64,000 nucleotides of DNA. Source: Paramoeba atlantica (lineage: Eukaryota; Protista; Discosea). Shown one piece after another: positions 29,701 to 38,944 of this stretch. Where the stretch lies: the NCBI GenBank assembly GCA_977017575.1, contig CDRNVI010000063.1, positions 558,001-622,000 of the forward strand, read 5' to 3'. A program made the position numbers and the translations under genes. The notes under the pieces are model-generated. The model did no database searches. It was not told the DNA's origin and saw nothing but the letters and a program-made list of their open reading frames with translations. The number at the start of each line of letters is the position of its first letter. The stretch's first letter is position 1.

Positions 29701-30858
29701 CGCTTTAGCGAGAGTTGTATTCGTATCAGGAGTGGCGTTGTTCGAGGGGGTTGTCGGTGGAATGTGGTGTGGTGAACGGCGGGACGTGCCGTTCTTGGCA
29801 TGAGAATCTCGCTTTCCTAAGTCGTAGTGCTTGTTGCAGTCTTTACAAAGAAAGCGCCCCTCTTCCATCCACCAGGTATCCGAAACCTCGTCCCCATGTC
29901 TGTGGGCTACGTGGTTATAGAATGCCTGCCAGTGTCCCCCGTGAGACACTGTTTTCCATGCGCATCCCTGGAAAGAACATTTCCGCACGTGTCCATTTTC
30001 GCTGGGCGTCTTTTCCCGTCTAGCGGAGGGCGTCTTGGGGATGTGCAGTTTCTCGGCGGTCATGGAATCGGAGTGCCCAGTTTTCGCCACCTGATGACGC
30101 TTGCGTTTCCCGACCGATGCGTTTGGGTTCCGTTCGTCGGGTGGCAATTCTCCTGACGAGCTGCCAGCGCTTTCTGCTATGGTTTCTCCTTCGTTTGCTG
30201 CAAGAGTGCATGGTCCGGGGGAGTTCAAACTGTAGTCTGTGTTGTCTGTTTTGTCTTCGCTGTCGGCTCCGGACTCATTACTCAGCTCAGTAGCAGTCCC
30301 AGACCAGGCACTCAGCTGGGAAAGAGATATGCCCTTGGGCCGCTTCTTCTTTTTCCGTCCTTTGGAACGTCCGACCAATGAGAAATTGAGATCCGGAGGA
30401 GTGAGATCTGGGAAGACTAGCTTATTTTCGTCGTAATCGTATTCGGTACGGCTTGAACTGTGGATGTGGCGCTCACACTTCCCCTTCACAGCCATATTAG
30501 AAGTCTTCAATTGGCTGAGTGAAGAGGGGTTGGTTCCTTCAAATTGAAATTCGGAACTCTCAGTCGGTCGGACGCTAGAGAAAAGTTCTTCTTCGGTGGT
30601 AGTGTTATGGTGCCCTGTATCCGGCGTTTCGCCTTCTATAGAGTCCGTAATGTCACTGGCAGTCTTTTCGGCCTGTCGTGACAATTCAGATGAGGGATCA
30701 GGCGGAAGCGGTGTGGTATATAGACCCTCTTCGTACGTGCTCACTCCCTGGACGAGATCTTTGTTGGCTTCAAATTGGTTCCAGGAGCCTAGCTTATGCT
30801 CGTTCGCTTCGCGCTCGAAGTCTGCAACCTGCTTAGCTTTGGATCGGGTTATGACCAT
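26773..30858 (-). CDS. Second copy of the element C RT-RLE protein, 1361 aa
   Basis: Translation identical to 15407..19492. SL at 30893-30927. Confidence 0.92.
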   Translation of the reverse strand: MVITRSKAKQVADFEREANEHKLGSWNQFEANKDLVQGVSTYEEGLYTTPLPPDPSSELSRQAEKTASDITDSIEGETPDTGHHNTTTEEELFSSVRPTESSEFQFEGTNPSSLSQLKTSNMAVKGKCERHIHSSSRTEYDYDENKLVFPDLTPPDLNFSLVGRSKGRKKKKRPKGISLSQLSAWSGTATELSNESGADSEDKTDNTDYSLNSPGPCTLAANEGETIAESAGSSSGELPPDERNPNASVGKRKRHQVAKTGHSDSMTAEKLHIPKTPSARREKTPSENGHVRKCSFQGCAWKTVSHGGHWQAFYNHVAHRHGDEVSDTWWMEEGRFLCKDCNKHYDLGKRDSHAKNGTSRRSPHHIPPTTPSNNATPDTNTTLAKAATSPANQTTESESVQAIDPPLPSLSSISALSINTCKNIPDRCRQEWAKTLSGCLYTAIRENTLEAWTLLAMLPKCILPAPHRGGNRAKASYASHVRKCLARWAKGEFLALWNEAVSSLTRKKKSVAQAQNMEEEEKKAVLRAERLVRDGELPRAMTALTSEPLAPDDEATYAKLQSKHPPRLSTSNVQNLLTPDAEPLEATQEEVAEALSTFHRGSSGGAFGLRPEHLQVATQYHHDAYTDPLGTITKFINHMLAGKVPLEAQDHYAGGRLCALKKGEHDVRPIAAGETLRRLASKVACFAARGQARKLFKGHQYGVATPAGAERVIHLCRKTFAEHTDDDDFLLCKIDLKNAFNNVSRDSFTALARQHFPKLASYVEWCYNTGSVLTFGSRTIASSEGVQQGDPLGPLLFSLVMKEVSMEIRAAAPKLTLNLWYLDDGVIAGPSSDVRHALDVITLSGPKWGLHLNAAKCELTSHTASSHRSSLFPDIPGLNKNTEGNFHILWSPVGSTKFCREFILNNAIDLAEESLQAITALEDPQIALSLIRHCTGFCQMVYSLRTTPTAELQDLCKRLDDAVQHTTEHFFRPLSDRAGRQAQREKRYGGLGLRSAEEHSSSAYVASVAFASDKDQWDPADAEGFTQAVQEVNKRAGTTVVQQCGLIPKSLALSTDSPYSNNNEQESSQELVIPRQRDLSHAIASREFREAFSRADLRTRARWISETGEGASEWAFVIPSKKNGLAYTPTEFRTLVRWWLGDAIYPASRPCPMEKCALPLDPEGDHALVCKCGHGIIARHNAIAGQFSSECAKAGFTPRREVSLGNTGPGGALTRPGDVFLSTFDVGQSLVLDFAVTHVQQPKYTDLVRDANWVTAGSFAERYATENKKKQREEADAARHKFGAMVVESYGAWCPSAFAILKEVSTSRAAYSGGTLSKGEALHQLVTTLNVALMRAQARMLVLRLPTSSPDAIINGYGIEE

Positions 30859-31292
30859 AGCGCGTAAATGAGATAAAGAAATTAAAATAATTCAACAAGG
30901 TACAGAAACTGTATCTTTATCGTTAAAGAAAATATCTTTTTTTTTTTTTTTTTTTTTTAACATTCGTAACTCTCAATGAAATCTAATATTAGAAGGATAA
31001 TATTATTAGGATTAGGATTTGTGGGAGGAGGAAAGGGGGGAGAGCTCGCTGAGGTCTTTCTCTAGAAAAAACGTTGGTCAATTTCACGCGAAAATGCATA
31101 CAGTTGATACATTTTTTTTTGTGTTATCTTGTGTTATCTTGTGTGCTTTTGGCCCGATTTCCGGAGTAACTTCAAAGATTCAGCATTGTAGACTTCCTAC
31201 CCAATGTTCTTGGGCCATATATATAAACTTTTTCGTAGACTTCTAATGATCCGGTTCGCAATCGCTGCGCGGTTGATGTAAGTACAAATTCC

Positions 31293-32213
31293 TTGTATGC
31301 CAGTCTACCCGTATTGGGTTCGGAAGCCTTAGCAGTAAAAGTCGCGGTGATTGCTGAACAGCTCAAGAGGAATGACCTCGAGATTGAAGTAACTTGGTTC
31401 CTTGCAACAGATAATCCCTCCAGTGCTACCACACGGCGTGGAATCCCACTCAGTGTAGACGAAGAAGAAGAAGAAGGGAAAAGTATTACCGTAAGTTATC
31501 TTTCTGGAAACTACAAGTTGCCGAATCCTAAAGTCAAGTACACACGTATTGAAATTGTTCAAAGTGAACCAGCGATGCCTGATCGGTTAGAGCAAGCTGT
31601 TGACAACACCGAATCAACTCCAAATGATCAAGATGACTTTAAGATTAGAGATGTTCGGACTTGGAACAAATATTTAATGACAAACAGCGAATTTGGTGTT
31701 GATTTCTTGATTATACGCGTACAAACTGCTCTAGCGCTGCCTTCACCGTTGCCAAACAATTTGGGTCCAATGTGGGAAGTGCTTGTAGAGTGGATGAACG
31801 ACATGAAAGGAAGAGGCGGAATCGACCAGGAAAACGTGCCCCAAGTCCGGACTGGACAACGTGCTCTCGACGACCTTCGTATGCAACAAGGAGTTTATCG
31901 TGGTGCGGACCCCAATTACCTCCGAATGATTTATCAAGCTCAAAACGATCCGGAAGACGTCATTGGAAATGGAATACACCACAGTATTAACGTGCAGAAA
32001 CGTCGACAAGGACCCTACAGTCGGGGAACATCGCGCGGGCGTGGCTACTTTTCACGTTCTCGAGGTCGGAGTCAAGGGCGAAGCTATGGTACACCAAGTT
32101 CAGGCGCAGTTCCCAACGCCAGTAGTGCGTCAGCGTCCTCGGATTTTCCACGAGGGGGCGCTGGCCAGGTTGCCGAAATGAACAGAAAAGCAGAGACATA
32201 TTTAGTCATGTAG
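31293..32213 (+). pseudogene. Gag-like ORF, probably from a YR retroelement, lacking an ATG start and fused to a CRE fragment
   Basis: RG-rich C-terminus ending SSDFPRGG, similar to PPDFRQ..GG in the gag at 38863. Shares the W..G..Y..LP module. Confidence 0.5.
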
Positions 32214-32657
32214 TTGGATGCGTTCAATGTGTTGGTTCCAATGCAACTCGTAAGCATTCATACTTGTTACGATTTCTCTCGGATCTTTGCCTTCAAGCTG
32301 GACTCTCCTGTGTTCTAGAACCGCGAATCTTCTCGTCATATCGATGCTCACATTGCGGTGCCGAAGTATCACCAGCGCATATCGACAAGCATCCGTGCAG
32401 AAAGGAAAAGCTTATAAGAAGTGGCCCAGACATTGTGATTATGTGGCCGGATCGAGGAGAAGTGTATTACGATTTAACGATTGTGCATTCGTGTAGCCCC
32501 ACTTTGCGTCATGTACATAGTGGTGAGTTGTTTAAAGCGTCTATATTGCGAAAACATAATCGATATGTGAAAACAGGTACGTTCAAAGAAACTCAGTTTT
32601 TGTGTATACCAGCTTCGAATTTTGGTTTATTGCATGAGAATACGAAAAATTTAGTTG
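32167..32657 (+). pseudogene. Group-2 CCHC-RLE fragment
   Basis: PGCRNEQ..HVVGCVQC..NATRKH..EPR..CSHC..H.C..RSGPD..YYDLTIVH. Confidence 0.85.
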
Positions 32658-32880
32658 AGAAATCAACGGACCCTTTCTTCTGCCATAAACTTCGTAAAAT
32701 AAGGTAAACAAAGAAATCAGTATTTCCCATGTATAAATAGAAGATTTATCCCGCTATACCCATTTCCTTTGTAATCAATAAAATATACTAAGTATCACAA
32801 GTATCACCAAATAGAGCTCTTTAACCTAGCAAACATTCCCTGTAACTTACGAACGGGCGTTATGCCCACCACGTCGCGAA
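32658..32880. repeat. ~222-bp repeat (partner 61470-61691), probably a terminal repeat of a second YR-element family
   Basis: Near-identical copies. The sequence after each copy resembles what follows B2 and B1 of the VIPER-like element. Confidence 0.6.
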
Positions 32881-33073
32881 ATGGTTGGGGATTGGGTGGG
32901 TGGGCACGTTTTTGTTGTTTATAGGAGGAATTGTCACTAATATACAGTATATTTATGATGTAGTATTCTCTAATTGCATGGAGGGGGGTGTTTACTCGTT
33001 TGTTATATTCTTGTTCCCAAATACGTGAACTGTTTGACTTGCTCGATTTTGATTCCGTTTAGATTAAAATATC

Positions 33074-33876
33074 TTTTTTTTTTTTTTTTTTTGCTTAATA
33101 AAATTCACAAGCTTAAGAACACACTTTTTATAAAGAACACACTTTTTATAAAGAACACCTACCAAGAATATAAAGAATGAATAATGAGTAAACTATTAAA
33201 ACAAGCAAAATTCACTCCAAACAAACAAAATTCACTCCTTGGTTCCTCCTATTGTAAAGCATATTGAGAAAAGTACAGACATTAACAGCAGCAATACTCT
33301 CCGTGAGCTCTTTATCTGAAATAAGTTAATATCAACTTAGATCATGAGATGATATCAACGTAGATGACGGGGAATTTTATCAAATCAAATAGAGGTTGTA
33401 AGTGAAAGGAAATTCTGATTAGTGTTCAAGTCCTCCGAGCCACTGAATTGGTGGAAAGTATTGTCGGAGTTGCGTGGCAATTGTGTACGCGTTCATCTTC
33501 TCTATTTCAAGTTGGAACGCTTCTTTGACATCCTTCACGTTTTGTTGTGACCGTTGTGCGAGCGAGACAATGAGAGTTTTCGTGTTGTTGTGCAACTGTC
33601 CTAATTCGGTCATTGCCAAGCAGCTGAAACTTTCTTTCAGTATGCCCCCTTGTACAAAGTATTTTTTGTGCTTGCGCTCAAGGGCATTTTGGATTAACTG
33701 CTCGACGGAGGTTTTGGCATAGCTCGGGGCACAACTGTGAACTACGGTGACATCGTAGAGAATTTCTCCGAGATGGGACCACATGATACCGAGATCAGGG
33801 CCTGATCGCATACGTCTTGCTCTGCATGGGTGATGTTCAGAGAGCTCTTCGGATATGGTGGCCTTACATTTGGTGC
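33074..33876 (-). mobile_element. 3' end of group-2 element E (RLE core, 3'UTR, poly(A))
   Basis: FCTKC..HHPC..RSGPD..YDVTVVH; stop at 33419; poly-T at 33074-33092. Continues the ORF broken at 42744. Confidence 0.8.
33115..33158. repeat. 18-bp tandem repeat (AAGAACACACTTTTTATA)x2.5 in the 3'UTR of element E
   Basis: Read directly from the sequence. Confidence 0.85.
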
Positions 33877-34137
33877 AGAATTGCACTTCCGGAAGAAAAA
33901 CATATAGTCAATCAGATATAGTAAGCGTATGTAAACTGTAATGTTTAATCTGTAGAACTACAGAGCTACCGAAATATAACATCCATCATGGACAACAGAG
34001 TAAAAGACATTATCTTCACCAGTACTGTAATATCAACTTCGCGAAGTAAGTATCAAATCTATTTTATATACCTCATGAACTTTTTCCTGGAGAGAACTCC
34101 CTTCCCTCCCTTTCTCGAACGGGTGTCCACGCGGGGA
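33877..34137 (-). repeat. Split direct repeat B2 (261 bp; B1 = 34338-34598)
   Basis: The two copies appear identical. Confidence 0.9.
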
Positions 34138-34163
34138 GTGGTTTGGGGGTTGGTGGGTGGGGC

Positions 34164-34339
34164 AAAAAGTTTCAAAGGATAAAAACGCGCTCTATTACCA
34201 GTTCACTGTATAATGTTTTGTGTCACTATATAAACTAGTTTATGAATAACAAACGTACAATGCCCGTCGGCCAACTAACGTAAATATAATTCTCAGAAAT
34301 CAAAATTTCCATTGTACAATTCTTTTCGTAAACTTTTAG
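34164..34339 (-). repeat. Split direct repeat A2 (176 bp; A1 = 39937-40112)
   Basis: Copies are identical except about 1 nt. Confidence 0.9.
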
Positions 34340-34613
34340 AATTGCACTTCCGGAAGAAAAACATATAGTCAATCAGATATAGTAAGCGTATGTAAACTGT
34401 AATGTTTAATCTGTAGAACTACAGAGCTACCGAAATATAACATCCATCATGGACAACAGAGTAAAAGACATTATCTTCACCAGTACTGTAATATCAACTT
34501 CGCGAAGTAAGTATCAAATCTATTTTATATACCTCATGAACTTTTTCCTGGAGAGAACTCCCTTCCCTCCCTTTCTCGAACGGGTGTCCACGCGGGGACC
34601 ACCCTTTCGCCAG

Positions 34614-35662
34614 TCAATCTTTCACCCCTTTCGCCACATTGTCGCAATCCCATCCTCCTCGGCTTATTGGATCCGCAGGGTTCAGTTTTGACGGAATGTA
34701 ATGCGGCTGTACTATTATACCCTGTCTCTTTAAAAACTTAAGTAAACCTATCAGTTCGATATTTATTCCATCCGATTTGGTCGATTTTTTGCATATGGAA
34801 GCTAAGCATGATGTATTATCAATAAATAGGTCTACGCAGGTACCTCGTTGAAAATGGTGCGACAATTTCTCGAACGCGAGACGAACGGCCCTCGTCTCCG
34901 CTCGATTGACTTCATAATCGAAATCATCTTCCCAGCGACCTCCCACACATATCACGGAACCGTGGTCCAAATATATTATTCCTCCCCAACCTTTTGACGA
35001 AGCGTCCGTATACAAAACGTGGCTATGTGGTACAGTGTCGGGATGAGGCGGCGGCGCCACGAATATGTTTGAAATCAACTTTTTCTTCCATCGCGTCAAG
35101 TCCATGGTTACATTGGGGGGAAGATGAACCTTCACATCCAATAATGTCGGATCATTGTTTAACGCATTTATACGGCGCCGCACTAATTTTAAGGTGAAGT
35201 GGTAATTGGCAACGGGTTCTCCCAGTACTGCTGATGCATGGACTAATCTACCCACAGCTGATTCTAGTTTTCCGTACGTTGCATTCCGAAAAGTATCGCC
35301 TTGCATCTTTTTCACGATTCTCGGTCCCATTCTTACCTTACCTTCGGTATGGCTGTATTCCACGCCATTAAAAACATACTGCTTCATGGGCTCCTTTTCT
35401 TTATCCTTAAACGTGGCGTTAACTTTCTCCGCGCGAGTTTCCACAAATTCCGTATACTGCTGAACTTGGTCTAGTGAACCTGCACTTCTCAATCCATCCA
35501 CATATACATCGACCTTAAACTGTTCTGTATACGCCGTCTCGGCTCTGCAATACTCCGGATCTCCTGCGATTGTGGATGTAATGGTGTGCATCAGTTCCGG
35601 GGCGCACCGGTGCCCCATTGGCATCACATTAAGTTCAAACAACTCACCGTTTACTGCGCGAA
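34614..35662 (-). pseudogene. C-terminal RT and DIRS1-type RNase H of the YR element (second half of a split ORF)
   Basis: MPMG..APELMH, YVDG, YTDAS, RAETRAV, DNTS, NPADPISR. Confidence 0.85.
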
Positions 35663-37060
35663 GATATGCCTGTGAGCGAACTTTTGATACAAAAGCTGGA
35701 GAAGCACAAAAATATATTTCGCCGGCTCCAAAAAATGGGGGCGAGCAATTTTTCATCCCTGATTTTGTCCAAGAGCGTTAACGTTCGTCATAGGTTTCAC
35801 ATTAGAGTCCACAAGCCTCAAGCTACCGAAAAAATTGCGTCGGAATTCGACACGGAGGTCGATAGAGTCTTAAAGTCGTGGTTTGGCAAACTATCGGATA
35901 TGCAACTGAAGTGGGCCAGAATGCCGCTGAAAATGGGAGGTTTCGGCCTTTCATCAACTTATGCACTACGGGAAAATTCATATGCAGCTTCTCGTCACGC
36001 ATCCTTAGAGCGCCGAAAAGTATATTCAGCTCAGGATGGGAGACACTTGGGGATGTCGATCTCGAGGGTAGTGCCGGACGAAGAAGGGGCAGTAGATCTC
36101 AAGTTGCACAAACAAGTGAAAGAAGAGCTGTGTAAAGATCCCAAAATCGGTAGAATTATATCAGCGACGTCCAGAAAAGGAAGCTACCAATGGATACACG
36201 CCACCGAAAGATACATCCCTCCAATGCAATTTACGCTTTCTGTGATGCCAAGGCTTGGTATTCGTCATCCCAAACTTCCCGACTCTCTACTGTGCCCAGG
36301 TTGCAGGACTCTATTAGATGCAGCTAGCGCTATGACCCACATACCTGGATGCGTACGCTGTTCTGGAATTAACGCGACAACCAAACATAATTCTCTGACG
36401 AGATATATTTATGAGTTATGTCTGAAAGTAGGTCTGCCATGCGCCCGTGAGCCCAGAGAATTTACCTCTTACACTTGCTCTGCATGTTCACAAGTGTTAA
36501 GCGAAGAAAACAAGATCGAACACGCGAAATTATGTCGGGGTGCAGCATTGCACCGATCAGGCCCTGACCTTGTGATATATTGGGCTTCTGGCGCGACGTA
36601 CTATGACCTAACCGTGGTACATGAGCTATCACCTTCTTATGAAAGGGTATCAGCACAAAAGGCGTTGCAGGACGCCATCGCTCGGAAGCATGCGAAATAT
36701 GTAAAATCAACTATGTTGCGAAATGATCAATTTCAATGCCTCCCTATATTGTCCTGCGGGGCTCTCCACAATAACACAAAATCTCTACTACAGCTCCTGG
36801 CGGAAAAGGTCTACCGCGAACCCAAGGCGATTCTGAATGATTTTGTGCTTCTTCAACAGGAATTGAATGGAGCGATAGTTCAGGCGCAATTGCGTAGCTA
36901 CTTACCGGATCCGAAAGATGAGTATGCTTATTAGAGTCGAGTCCGAGTCTGGACTTATTTGGTGGATAAGGTAGTAATAGGAAGAAGTGGAAAAGGTAGG
37001 AGGATAAATTAGGAATACGAAAAAAAAAAAAAGCTTAAGGATCTACACCCGGAGGGATAA
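35663..37060 (+). mobile_element. 5'-truncated group-2 CRE insertion (RT thumb, CCHC, RLE, 3'UTR) inside the YR-element RT
   Basis: ORF 35666..36934. CGCGAA is duplicated at 35657-35662 and 37061-37066. Confidence 0.88.
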
Positions 37061-38264
37061 CGCGAAATCGAAATTTTGTTCTACTTGCTACCGGAATCGG
37101 TACTTGATAAAATCCACATGTCAGGTCACGCTTCACACCAAAAGCTTCCTGCGCTCGATGGAGATAATAAGCCGCGTGTTTTAACGGGACGTGCGGCATG
37201 TACTCGTTCTTAATTCGCTCATTATCCTCCTTCGTCCAGGCTATGAAGCGCCGCCTCTCCGTTTCCCCTTTATCGTCCGCAGGCTCAACTACTGTGAACG
37301 GTATCACCCATTGATTGGATGGTCTTTTGTTCTCCTCCTCAGGGGAAACACGCGAAACAATACGTGCGTCTAGCAAATGACTAATATCTTCCATGTTCAA
37401 TCGTGGATTTACCTTTGGCTCACTATCGGGTTTCTTCCTCCGATCCAACAAAGTATTCAACGTTTCTCTAAACCGGTTTCTTGTACTTCCATTCATCATG
37501 TTCTCAATTTCATTGACATCCATTTTGGGAATTTTCTTTACGTGCAGTGGTAGCTTTAAATCTTCCTCCGTGGCCAATTTTGTCGTACGTCTGGTACGTA
37601 CAATCGTGTATCGATGCTTTTCCTGCGGCATGTCCCGCAAATATTCTCGAAATAACTCCTTCATTGCTAAAGCGTCCTCAGTTTGGCTGTCGCCTTCCCC
37701 GTTCCTAGAGCTAGCGCGGTGGTAACTGGGTTTGAATTGTAACGCAACAGGGACTCGATCTGCTGGTGCTTCGCTAATTTTTTCACATCTTCGATTCCCA
37801 CTGTCCCCTTGACAACTTCCTGGAATAATTGCGTTACCGCTCCTCTCTTGGCGGAATGTGTGCCGAAACCCTCTCCCAGAACCCTCTTTATATTCCTGTC
37901 CATCTCTCTCACATTTGTCCGGCACATTCGATCCCATGACCTGAGCGTACGTACGTATTGAGCCAATTCGATTGTGCCCTGGCCCTGGATGACTGTGTAC
38001 ATCGATTCGCGCCACGGGTTGCACCTTGTAGCCTTTGTCCCCCTTCCCCAAGCAATTACAACCTTTTGCGGTGATATTTCCACGAATTTGTCCTTGGTCA
38101 AATTGGCGGTTTCGGACCAACGGGATGCTGCCTTCCAGCACATCAGCAATGTTTGACTTTCGGATTGGGTGCACCTTCTTCGTATCTTGTTCAGTAGGAA
38201 TGGTGTCAACGGCTGCATCTGATGTACTGGCTCCTCTGCTCCTTGTGCCTGAAGAGCTTTGCAA
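37061..38264 (-). pseudogene. N-terminal half of the YR-element RT ORF
   Basis: FTVVE..RRFIAWT..DLTCGFYQV..KFRFR. Joins 35662 in frame when the insertion is removed. Confidence 0.8.
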
Positions 38265-38944
38265 AAGAATTTTATTGGGACAGTATTTAATAGAGAAACT
38301 CTTCCTCTTTCCTCTTTTTTCTTCCGATCAGGTTGAATAAGGTCATTAGCGCCCTTCCGTAGGACACCTTGGTTTGTATTGACACTGGCAGAAGTTGCAC
38401 GAACGTCACTGCGTGAAGGGGTGTCTGTCTTATATGATTCCCGGTGCAATATACCAGGAACCTTTCCCACAACCTTGCTCGTGTCTCCCACGTCGACGAG
38501 CTCCACATTCCGGACATCGCGTCCAATGCCACGCGTACCTCGGGAGTAATCCTGCTTACCCCCATCAACAGACTCAAAAGATTTTTCCGAGCCACACTCC
38601 TGCATTCCAGGCTCAATGTTCCCTGGTACAAATTTCCACAAGCAATTGATCTTCCATTCGAGTCTTTCACATTTTTTACACCCCCTTGTATCACTCGCGT
38701 TCTCTTTGCTACACTCTCCCTTTGATCCCCTGGATGTATCCTCTTGTATTTGACTGCTTTGCTTCTGCCGCGTTTGGCGGGTATTATATGCGAGATGTTC
38801 GTTCCTGGATCTATACGCGTGTATGTGACTCGAGGAACACTGGCGATTAATGGACGGGCGTTTCATAACGACTTTCCGCCCTGGGGGGCGTTGCCAGCCG
38901 TCCGCTGACGAAAATCCGGCGGTGATGTGCGTTTGTATGGGCAA
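37667..38944 (-). CDS. Tyrosine recombinase (overlaps gag and RT ORFs)
   Basis: Catalytic pattern AASRWSE, TK, THSAKRG, AKH, LLRY. Confidence 0.85.
   Translation of the reverse strand: MPIQTHITAGFSSADGWQRPPGRKVVMKRPSINRQCSSSHIHAYRSRNEHLAYNTRQTRQKQSSQIQEDTSRGSKGECSKENASDTRGCKKCERLEWKINCLWKFVPGNIEPGMQECGSEKSFESVDGGKQDYSRGTRGIGRDVRNVELVDVGDTSKVVGKVPGILHRESYKTDTPSRSDVRATSASVNTNQGVLRKGANDLIQPDRKKKEERGRVSLLNTVPIKFFCKALQAQGAEEPVHQMQPLTPFLLNKIRRRCTQSESQTLLMCWKAASRWSETANLTKDKFVEISPQKVVIAWGRGTKATRCNPWRESMYTVIQGQGTIELAQYVRTLRSWDRMCRTNVREMDRNIKRVLGEGFGTHSAKRGAVTQLFQEVVKGTVGIEDVKKLAKHQQIESLLRYNSNPVTTALALGTGKATAKLRTL

Larger units (their letters stand above)
20421..31783. repeat. Second copy of an 11.37-kb tandem duplication (first copy 9049-20416)
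   Basis: Constant offset of 11366-11372 across all ORFs. A few SNPs and one 2-nt deletion. GTTA is inserted at the junction. Confidence 0.92.
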
